Assembly: GCA_963796965.1 (NCBI GenBank)
Contig: CAWCNS010000007.1
Span: 544,001 to 608,000 of the forward strand
Reading direction: 5' to 3'
DNA from: Calditrichia bacterium
GTDB taxonomy: Bacteria > Calditrichota > Calditrichia > JAJRVZ01
Length of the DNA stretch: 64,000 nucleotides
This document shows positions 20,409-28,621 of the stretch, in pieces (within the stretch, counting starts at the first letter, position 1; the number at the start of each line of letters is the position of its first letter). The position numbers and the translations under genes are program-made. The notes under the pieces were generated by a model, which did no database searches, was not told the origin of the DNA, and saw nothing but the letters and a program-made list of their open reading frames with translations.

Positions 20409-21119
20409 ATGTTTAAATTGTATTTATTCATTGTAATGGTATTATTATTTGCTTTACCATTACAGGCTCAGGTACTGGGAACCTGTGGATCAGGGGATGA
20501 TGCTACTAAGCCGCAATCAAACACGGCACCATCTGCAGATCTTATTGTTAGTCCAGTGCCTTTACCTGGACAGCAGGCCATCGATTTTCAATTACCTGCA
20601 GTCGTTGGTAATGATATAAAAAATATTAAATTATCTGATTACGATGGCAAGTGGCGTGTCGTTTGCTTTTTTCCTGCCGCCTTCACATTTGTCTGACCGA
20701 CGGAACTTTCCGCAGTTGCGGATAAATATGAGGAATTAAAAAAACTGAACGTCGAAGTTATCGCCATTAGTACTGACACCCATTTCTCACACTGGATGTG
20801 GAAAAAAACCTCCCCCACCATAAAAAATGTGGAGTATCCTATAGCAGGAGATCCGAGTGGTGCCGTGTCGCGTGCTTATGGTGTTTGGAATCCGACAAAT
20901 GGATTGAACCAACGTGGTCGTTTTATCATTAATCCGAAAGGAACCATAATGGGGGTTGAGGTATTAACCGGTCCGGTAGGCAGGAATGTGGATGAACTGA
21001 TCCGTCAGATCAAAGCGATGCAGGAAGTGGCTAAAAATCCTGGCAAAGCAGCACCAGCTGGCTGGAATCCAGGTGATGACCTCATCGGCACAGGCAAAGA
21101 TTTTATTGGAAAGTATTAA
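20409..21119 (+). CDS. Selenocysteine-containing peroxiredoxin (AhpC/PrxU-like) with N-terminal signal peptide; Sec TGA at 20694-20696
   Basis: [15 protein letters not shown] puts the TGA at the peroxidatic Cys position; the same frame stays open to TAA 21119 with ISTD..FSH..W, RGRFII.P and GRNVDE..R; AGGAGGA RBS. Confidence 0.9.
20697..20725 (+). promoter_or_regulatory. Candidate bacterial SECIS hairpin
   Basis: TCCGC-AGTT-GCGGA stem-loop (20709-20722) whose loop is about 18 nt after the UGA. Confidence 0.65.
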
Positions 21120-21124
21120 AATAT

Positions 21125-21152
21125 AAAACCTCTGACTCCCGGCAGAGGTTTT
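21125..21152. terminator. Bidirectional intrinsic terminator
   Basis: AAAACCTCTG-8 nt-CAGAGGTTTT between convergent genes. Confidence 0.8.
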
Positions 21153-21219
21153 AATAAGCGTACACATTTAATATTTTGCTAAAATAGTTATTTCTTAAAC
21201 TTAAAAATCAGAATAAATA

Positions 21220-22047
21220 CTAATCCAAAATCTTTAGCTGTACACCTCTAAATATTGAAACCAATAGCAAAGTTATCCCAAGCGTAACCACAACCATACC
21301 CCCCGTCGGAAAATCTAACACAAAGGAGAGATAGCTTCCAACAAGGCTTACCAGGATACCTGTTACCCAGCCGATTATCAATCGTCCTGAAAAACTTTTA
21401 CCTAGCAATGAACCGATGACAGCAGGGACGATCAAAAATCCAAATACCAACAGAACACCGGCTACTCTGACCGCGAATGTTACCAAAATCCCCAATAGCG
21501 CGTAGAATATGAAGTCCCAAATCATAAAGTTAGAATTTGAATTATTGTTATTCTTGACATTTTTACTGATTTCGAGTAATCGATTATGGACTAAAAAGTA
21601 GATAATACCTAGTACAAGATATATAATGGCATAGATTCCAACTTCCGTCCAATTTACCCAGAGAATATGTCCAACCATCAGATCATGGACATGCTCGGAT
21701 CCATGCGGCAAGCGGTCACCGGCAAGAATTACTGCTGCTGCACCTGTGGCATAAAGGATGCCGATAAAAGCTTCTTGCGGGACATATTTCCTCAAGCTTC
21801 TTGTTGTCGAAAGTAACAAAGCAGCAACTAATGTCAGGGAAAGAGATACGACGAATATCCAGGGATCATTTAATTCAAAACCGAGAAATATACCGACTGA
21901 AGCACCCAATGCCGCAATCTGCGCCAGGGCAATATCAATAAATATAACCTCCCGCATGACAACATGAATCCCGACATATCCACAAATTCCAACAAGAATG
22001 ATACACATGCAGATGGCAGGGGCCATAAAAGTGAGAATTTCTATCAT
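21220..22047 (-). CDS. Zn/Mn-type metal ABC transporter permease
   Basis: GIHVV.R.VIF.D.ALAQ.AALG, EA.IG, GVLLVF..LIVPA, D.PTG. Confidence 0.88.
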   Translation of the reverse strand: MIEILTFMAPAICMCIILVGICGYVGIHVVMREVIFIDIALAQIAALGASVGIFLGFELNDPWIFVVSLSLTLVAALLLSTTRSLRKYVPQEAFIGILYATGAAAVILAGDRLPHGSEHVHDLMVGHILWVNWTEVGIYAIIYLVLGIIYFLVHNRLLEISKNVKNNNNSNSNFMIWDFIFYALLGILVTFAVRVAGVLLVFGFLIVPAVIGSLLGKSFSGRLIIGWVTGILVSLVGSYLSFVLDFPTGGMVVVTLGITLLLVSIFRGVQLKILD

Positions 22048-23036
22048 TTGGTACCTCTTTTCTGTTCTCTGTTTCTGTTTCTTTGTCTATTGGCATTATC
22101 AGGGTCAACTTTTTTTACTACATCAACCAAATCCTGAACCATAGAATCCAGCCACTCTAAATAGCTGTCAGCACCGTCCATTGCATTAACTTCTCCAGGT
22201 AATATGAGCAGTTCAGCCTCTGCCGCATTCGCAACCTCCTGAGCTTTGGTCGGATCTTTCCAGGAGGATATAATCACAATTTTGATGTCTTTTCGCTTCA
22301 TCAGGTTAATAATATCTCTTTTATGTCTTGGTGTAGGAGGAATGCCGGGTCTTAATTCCACATAACCGGCTACCTTTATCTTCAGCCAGTTAAGCAAATA
22401 ACTCCAGTGTACATGATAGCAAATTAATTCTCTATCTATTAAAACTGCCGCTTTTATTTCAAAATCTTTTATTTTATCCTGTAATTCTGTTCTAAATTTA
22501 TTGAAATTGTTATCATAATCATCCATATGATCAGGATCTAATTCGATCAGTTTATCTGTAATAAGCTCAGCCACCTTAATACCCAGATAGGGATTAAGGA
22601 GAAAATGAGGATTTCCGGAGGGATGCACATCTCCCATACTCCTATCAACTTCGCCCCTTGGTTTCTCAAGAATATTGGCACTCGTTATGGCTTGTGACGC
22701 ATTTAAGTTACCGGCTGCACCCGGCGTAACCTCATGATTCCTGGCACCCTGGATCAGGAGAGGCAACCAGCCTATCTCCAGTTCCAATCCTGAATAAATC
22801 AGCAAATCCGCCCGGTTTAACTTTACCATATAACTGGGTTTAGCTTCGATATAATGAGCATCCTGGACACCGCGGGTGATACTGTAGACTTCTACATGTT
22901 CTCCGCCAATACTCTTAGTAATTGAGGCCAGACTTGGCAATGTTGTTACAATATTCAAATCCTGAGCTTCAATTTCTCCCCACCCAAGAGATATCAGTAG
23001 GAAACAAAGTGTTAATTTTATTAATTTTAGTTGCAT
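22044..23036 (-). CDS. Metal ABC transporter substrate-binding protein (ZnuA/TroA-like)
   Basis: Signal peptide; QDAH, GLELE.GW, GDVHP.GNPH, YH..W.Y, PGIPP. Confidence 0.88.
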   Translation of the reverse strand: MQLKLIKLTLCFLLISLGWGEIEAQDLNIVTTLPSLASITKSIGGEHVEVYSITRGVQDAHYIEAKPSYMVKLNRADLLIYSGLELEIGWLPLLIQGARNHEVTPGAAGNLNASQAITSANILEKPRGEVDRSMGDVHPSGNPHFLLNPYLGIKVAELITDKLIELDPDHMDDYDNNFNKFRTELQDKIKDFEIKAAVLIDRELICYHVHWSYLLNWLKIKVAGYVELRPGIPPTPRHKRDIINLMKRKDIKIVIISSWKDPTKAQEVANAAEAELLILPGEVNAMDGADSYLEWLDSMVQDLVDVVKKVDPDNANRQRNRNREQKRGTK

Positions 23037-23053
23037 AACTTCCTGCCTTTATA

Positions 23054-24218
23054 TTAGTATTTATGAGCTGGATGTGACCCTATAGTCACATTAACCTGTG
23101 CTATTATTTGACTCTCCGTATTACCATTTACTTTGATCATATTGTATTGCAGGCGAAAGGCACTAAATTCAGTAGGGACATAACCCACAGCAAAGACTAA
23201 TACGACTACTTGAGAGATCAATGTTTGTATAATCTGACACATTATCAGGGATGGGGAAAAACCGGCTAAGATCTTTAGATTGATTATACCAATCATAGCG
23301 AAATTGCAACCACCATCGTATATTAAATTGCCCCATCAACTGGACGAAATAACCATGCAAGGGGTCCGAATTGTTTTCATCGAATTTCAGGTTGGCATGG
23401 ATATACTCTCCCTGCAATGTTACTGAATGATAGCGTCCACGCTGCAGGGGTTTCCATTTCATATGAAAATCAAGTCCCCAAACATTAGATAAAATGTTGC
23501 TTGTATCCGTTCCTACAGTTGAGAAGTCATCAAAATGGTATAATCCTCTTTGACCACTAAGATATGTACCACCAAGGCGAATTGTATATTCATCCGCCAA
23601 ATCCCATAAATTATCAAGATGAAATAGATAGGCAAAATTTGCAGATTTGCTGCTATTAAATAATATTGGATTATCTCCGTTAAGAAAACCTACAATAGCA
23701 TCCATATACCAGGATGTGGGCATGAGATAAGCAGCTTCAACACCAACCTCATTAAGGTCCGGGCCAAATACCTGTTCCATGATCAGGGGATAATCGGCAA
23801 AGGCAAAATGATGAAGATGCAGTAGATTATGCTGTCCAAACGTATTAAGCATCTGTCCACCGCGCAAGGTAGCCGGGATTGGCATCCTTAATGTTGTAAT
23901 ATATGCTTCTTCTACCCCAATTCCATCCTGCTCAGACGCAGAAATTGTGACCAACGATTTTAAATATACATCAACATTTGCCGTTACCATCAGCTCTATT
24001 TCCTGATAATGTAAACCCTGGGTTAGCGCAGATTGTGAATAAAGAGGCTCATCCAGGTTAGATCCCATCCCATAAAAGAGAGAATTAACACTTAGCGCTG
24101 GATTAAATGACCTACTGATCCCGGTTGCAGAGGCATCTGAATCTCCCTGAGCAACGCTTTGGATTGTTGAAGCCATCGTCAAAAAAATGGTTAATAAATA
24201 AAAATATATATTTCTCAT
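23054..24218 (-). CDS. Putative outer-membrane metal-uptake beta-barrel; frameshift near 23195
   Basis: Signal peptide; FNP..S, EEAY, FG..N..H.H; C-terminus IGSHPAHKY in the second frame. Confidence 0.7.
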
Positions 24219-24372
24219 ACCACCACCTATATTTATAATAAGATGTTAATCGAAATGCAGTAGATTTAAATATGAGACTACAATAAATGAAAATAATCAC
24301 AAATCGGATAAAAAAGGACAAGATCCTTTTTATTTTTCCAAAAATGATAATTTGATAGGAATAGATTTAGGT

Positions 24373-24648
24373 TTAGGCGAGTGGGGGTGCTCTTATGGAG
24401 AATAGAGGGTTATAATATTCTGAATATAAATCATTAGGCCTGAGTTCGTTGAGATATAACAGAAGGGTTGAGGGAGAACTTAAATCAATATTTGGGGTTA
24501 AGAGTACCTGTGTTTTGTCCGCCTGACATAGGGGGCAATCCGGATCGGGGTCGACTAAGTGTGCCGGATCATCGATTAAGGTAACAAGACTGATACCAAT
24601 TAACCCAATAATGAGGGCCAATATGGTTATAATTGATTCTCGTTTCAC
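24373..24648 (-). CDS. DUF2946-like leader protein with N-terminal TM segment, CPLC and C-terminal RAPP
   Basis: Hydrophobic N-terminus, H...DPDCPLC, ends SIRAPPLA; lies upstream of the metal-uptake operon. Confidence 0.7.
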   Translation of the reverse strand: MKRESIITILALIIGLIGISLVTLIDDPAHLVDPDPDCPLCQADKTQVLLTPNIDLSSPSTLLLYLNELRPNDLYSEYYNPLFSIRAPPLA

Positions 24649-24750
24649 GATATAAATATCGGAGTTTTTATTTTAAAAGACAAGTAAATATCAGATTTTA
24701 TAACCATATTTCCGGGGTTCGTCTTATACTTAGTAAACTCCTGTGTTTGA

Positions 24751-27474
24751 TTAAAATTCGGCCAACCCTGATCCCTCAACGGTGAAACAGTTAATGATCT
24801 CAGGTTTAAAACCGTTTGGTTTATAATAATATTTTTTAAGAGCCTTGGCCACGTCGTTGACCATTTCTTTTTTGGCTAAAATCATAACACATCCACCAAG
24901 ACCAGCCCCGGCAATCTGGGCCCCAACAACTCCCGGAACCTCCCTGGCTATATCCACCATTCGATCTATTTCCGGGGTACTGCAGGTATAACCTCCCTTT
25001 TGCATATATAATTGGGCTTTTAATACCTTCTCAGGATTTTCACTTGCCAGATCATCTATCAGTTTATTCAAATAATTGTCATCATAGGGATCTTTAAGTA
25101 GGACATATTCTCCCTGATCATTTTTAGTAACTACCCGATCCCCGTCATGACTAATAGCCATCAAACCACCGAACTCTTCCATCTTTCCATTATTCAAAAT
25201 CTCAACAGATAGTTTACTACGTATTATCTCTGCAATACCAAATAATAAAACACCACGTACATTATAAAATTTAGGTTCTTTATGAGAAGAGAAGTTAAGA
25301 TCGATCAAATCCGAGTATTTCCCGGGAAGCATTCGCCGGAAATCCGTTCGAGTCATATATTGTGGAACTTTCATTAGCCATTTATAAATATCACTGGTCA
25401 AACATCCTAAATTATCCGGTGTAATATCACGGAGATATTCGACATTCTCTTTTATAAAGGGAATACGAATTTTTAATATTTCCAAACCGAGATTAAAACT
25501 GCAAACTTTTTGATTAAATGTATCTTTTGCATTTGCGCTTTTTGCAGCTTTGATCTGACTATTGGCGATAATTACCTGATAATCCGGCGGGGCATCAATC
25601 ATTTTGTAAACTTGAAAAGGTAAATAGCCGACGTGGGCAACTTTCCCTCTCTCGCCTAAATATATCGCGGCATGGTCACCCGCGCCACCACGGGAGCCAA
25701 CAAACCATTCACCTTCACCACACATATCCACAAATTGCTGCGCATCTAAGTCCAATCCATTTAGTGCAATCGCTGCCTGGAGTGTCGCAACGACAATTGA
25801 AGAGCTGCTGCTTAATCCCGCAGCCTGGGGGATATCACCGGAAAGTGCAATGTTCAGGCCGGATATTTTCAAATCCTGATATTTATTCTGTAATCTTAAA
25901 ACGGCAGCCTTAATATAATTACCCCAATCACCCGCTGAGGAACGCAGAAGACCCCGCACCCAGGAGCTTTCAATAAAGTTTATCCAATCACTCCAGGCAA
26001 AGTTGCCGATAAGTTCTGATATATTGAATTTTACTGATTTAAATATATGAGGTACTGTGTTTACAGCTATAACATTATCATCATTTCTTTCACCGGCAAC
26101 AATAAAAGTTTCCTTATGAATAGCAAGAAAATTAGTAAATCCACCCCGATGATCCACATGTCTCCCCATCAGATTCACCCGTCCTGGGGCCCGGATAATG
26201 AGAACTTTCTCTTCGTCACCAAATCGCTTTCCATAGCACTTCAGCACTTTAATCAGATCTCTTCTTTTCAGTTGATGCAATTCAGGATGATCGCCATAAA
26301 TTTTCAGCATCCAATTATGAATATTTTTTTCATTTTTGTCGAGTAATCTCAACCACTCAGATACCTTACGATACTGATTTTTATTTAGAGATATCCGGCT
26401 ATTGTGGCGTGTATTTACTTTCAACCGGCTTTCTTTTTTTCGGCGGACAAAGTCTTGAATTGATAAGAGCTCATCCGGTGCATTAAAACCCTGAATAATA
26501 GTTACCTCAGTCGCTTTAACTGCGGTAAGACGGTAAAAAGGATCTCCATTATGAGTGCGCTGATTATTTAGATGGTTTATCATATCTGTGAAATAATACT
26601 CTTGCTGGGCATTATTATTATCAAGTAGTTTTAATCCTGTATAAAAGGCATCCGACTTTGATAAATATAAACTTGGATTAATTCCCAATGTGCCTGTATT
26701 TAATTCATCTACCGATCTGTTTTTACCGGACAGGATTATTTTGTATTTATCAGAAACGAGCAATTTCTTCAAAATAGTAGCATCAACCCTATCTTCATTT
26801 TCAAGATATTTCAACAACTCAGGAATTGCTTTTTTTTGCTTTTTATAATTTGGCAGATGTTTATTTATAATTTCAAATATTTTTTTCTTTTCCGGATTTT
26901 TATTCGTTTTAATCAAGTCACCCAATGAGTCAACAATAGAAAGCCTCATCATATCAACATGCTCCACTATTCCGGACAAGGCATAATTTTCATCTCCGAT
27001 TACCCGGGCTTCAGGACTTACTGAGTCGGGCTTATAAGGAAGCGTTAAAAGAGCAAAATCTGCCTGTTTGCGGATAAATCCTTCCACAAGCATTTCAATG
27101 GCTTCAGATTCTATATATTTATCGCCCATGCATATTAAAACGGGGTCATTGTATCCAAGATTTTCAAGAACTTCTCCAGCTAACATAGCCGCATGCCCGG
27201 TGCCCAATTGTGGATTTTGGTAAATATATGAAATCCCTTTATGTTCTTTAGAAACTGTTTGCATCACTTGTTCACTGCGGTCTCCAACCACAATTATAAA
27301 ATTTCTGAATCCCACACTTTTAAATGTGGATAATGTACGATTAATGGCCGGTTTACCGTCAATCTCAAAACATACCTTAGGCATTTCATTATTACCCATT
27401 CGCGTACCTTTACCTGCCGCAAGGATAATGACGACTGCCTTATTTACTAATAACTTATTTTGACCATTCTCCAT
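24751..27474 (-). CDS. Fused sugar-1-phosphate nucleotidyltransferase (GlmU-like) and galactokinase-like GHMP kinase
   Basis: ILAAGKGTRM, QLGTGHA, NAQQEYYFTD; RAPGRVNLMG.H.D, P.AAGLSSS, GAGLGGC. Confidence 0.85.
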   Translation of the reverse strand: MENGQNKLLVNKAVVIILAAGKGTRMGNNEMPKVCFEIDGKPAINRTLSTFKSVGFRNFIIVVGDRSEQVMQTVSKEHKGISYIYQNPQLGTGHAAMLAGEVLENLGYNDPVLICMGDKYIESEAIEMLVEGFIRKQADFALLTLPYKPDSVSPEARVIGDENYALSGIVEHVDMMRLSIVDSLGDLIKTNKNPEKKKIFEIINKHLPNYKKQKKAIPELLKYLENEDRVDATILKKLLVSDKYKIILSGKNRSVDELNTGTLGINPSLYLSKSDAFYTGLKLLDNNNAQQEYYFTDMINHLNNQRTHNGDPFYRLTAVKATEVTIIQGFNAPDELLSIQDFVRRKKESRLKVNTRHNSRISLNKNQYRKVSEWLRLLDKNEKNIHNWMLKIYGDHPELHQLKRRDLIKVLKCYGKRFGDEEKVLIIRAPGRVNLMGRHVDHRGGFTNFLAIHKETFIVAGERNDDNVIAVNTVPHIFKSVKFNISELIGNFAWSDWINFIESSWVRGLLRSSAGDWGNYIKAAVLRLQNKYQDLKISGLNIALSGDIPQAAGLSSSSSIVVATLQAAIALNGLDLDAQQFVDMCGEGEWFVGSRGGAGDHAAIYLGERGKVAHVGYLPFQVYKMIDAPPDYQVIIANSQIKAAKSANAKDTFNQKVCSFNLGLEILKIRIPFIKENVEYLRDITPDNLGCLTSDIYKWLMKVPQYMTRTDFRRMLPGKYSDLIDLNFSSHKEPKFYNVRGVLLFGIAEIIRSKLSVEILNNGKMEEFGGLMAISHDGDRVVTKNDQGEYVLLKDPYDDNYLNKLIDDLASENPEKVLKAQLYMQKGGYTCSTPEIDRMVDIAREVPGVVGAQIAGAGLGGCVMILAKKEMVNDVAKALKKYYYKPNGFKPEIINCFTVEGSGLAEF

Positions 27475-27526
27475 AAATCATTTTTCCTTAGAAATCCTGA
27501 TATAAAAATTGGTTGTATTAAAAATT

Positions 27527-27651
27527 AGCCACAGAGATCACTGAGTAAGGAGCATAGCGCAAAGAGCAAAGAGCCTGGCCGAATTCTTAGCACTATTCAC
27601 TATACTCTATGTAAATAATTTCTCGGAGTTCTTCGGTGTAACTCGGTGGTT
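27527..27651. repeat. Palindromic element with a nested 7-nt-periodic element
   Basis: AGCCACAGAG..CACTGAG / CTCGG..TTCGGTG..CTCGGTGGTT flanking GCATAGC-GCAAAGA-GCAAAGAGC / CACTATT-CACTATA-CTCTATG. Confidence 0.65.
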
Positions 27652-27686
27652 AGATATTTATATTTCTATAAACAGCATGAGGCAAA

Positions 27687-28151
27687 TTAACAATTATCAC
27701 GATATTTCAGCTGCACACCTTTGAGAAAATTTCGTAAGACCTGATCTTTACAATCACGATAATGTTTGTGATCCGGCTTCCTGAAGAAGGCACTTAATTC
27801 ATGTTTGCTCAGACGTAGATCGACCAGATCCATAATCTCTAAGATATCTTCGGCTTTCAGATCTAAGGCAATTCTCAATTTTCTAAACACAATATTATTC
27901 GTTAATCGCTTCTCCGGTTTAGGTTCCGGACCTTCTTTTTTCCCACGCTTTTCGACAATCAGACCATTCAGAAAACTGGCCATTTGCGAGTCCGTACAAT
28001 TCTGATAGGCCGCGTCATCCTCTTTTTTTAACCACTCACTCACCTGGGCCCGGGTAACCTCAAGATTACCTAATCCGAATAATTTAATCATTTTGGAATC
28101 ACTAAAGTTAAACGTATAACGGAGGCGGCGAAGAATATCATTATTTGTCAC
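27687..28151 (-). CDS. DUF1456 family protein (YehS-like)
   Basis: NNDILRR.RY, FLNGLI..KRG, NN...RKLRIAL, ELSAFFR....HYR.C.DQ.LRNFL.G. Confidence 0.9.
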   Translation of the reverse strand: MTNNDILRRLRYTFNFSDSKMIKLFGLGNLEVTRAQVSEWLKKEDDAAYQNCTDSQMASFLNGLIVEKRGKKEGPEPKPEKRLTNNIVFRKLRIALDLKAEDILEIMDLVDLRLSKHELSAFFRKPDHKHYRDCKDQVLRNFLKGVQLKYRDNC

Positions 28152-28197
28152 GAATATACCCTTCTAGATAATGCAAAATTAATTTTTATCGTATTCT

Positions 28198-28334
28198 TCT
28201 CGCAGAGACACAGAGACGCAAAGTCTTATTATTATATGAGTTATGTTAATGTTATGATATCGAATTAAAAAAAATGATACATTGTTTAGAAATATATAAA
28301 TAATTACTTTCTGCGTCTTTGCGCCTTTGCGAGA
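28198..28334. repeat. Palindromic element, CGCAGAG/CGCAAAG arm type
   Basis: TCTCGCAGAGACACAGAGACGCAAAG ... TTTCTGCGTCTTTGCGCCTTTGCGAGA. Confidence 0.8.
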
Positions 28335-28376
28335 GATAATTATTAATAGTTTGGGTTAGATGAAATATGATTAAAA

Positions 28377-28484
28377 CTAAGAAGATTTTGAACCCTTCTC
28401 CTTTTTTAATTTTCTTTTTTCTTTAATGCTCTTTTGGGGTTTTTTCTTCTCTTGTGTTTTACCTTTATCTCTGCCTTTTGCCAT
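28377..28484 (-). CDS. 35-aa lysine-rich small protein (MAKGRDKGKTQEKKKPQKSIKEKRKLKKEKGSKSS)
   Basis: Translated by hand; GGAGG RBS 6 nt before the ATG; below the ORF-track length cutoff. Confidence 0.65.
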   Translation of the reverse strand: MAKGRDKGKTQEKKKPQKSIKEKRKLKKEKGSKSS

Positions 28485-28621
28485 CTAAAACCTCCACTGG
28501 AATAATTATTTAATATCATATATCAAACATTTCGTTCAAAAAATATGGATTATAATCAATAGTATCAAGCAGGATCGAATAGAAACGGTTAGGGACTGTC
28601 GCCTTTTATGGAACTAAGAGA

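Noticed and set aside
20346..21119. Two separate ORFs or a peroxiredoxin pseudogene
   Set aside because: The TGA sits exactly at the catalytic Cys codon with a SECIS-like hairpin behind it; Sec recoding explains it better
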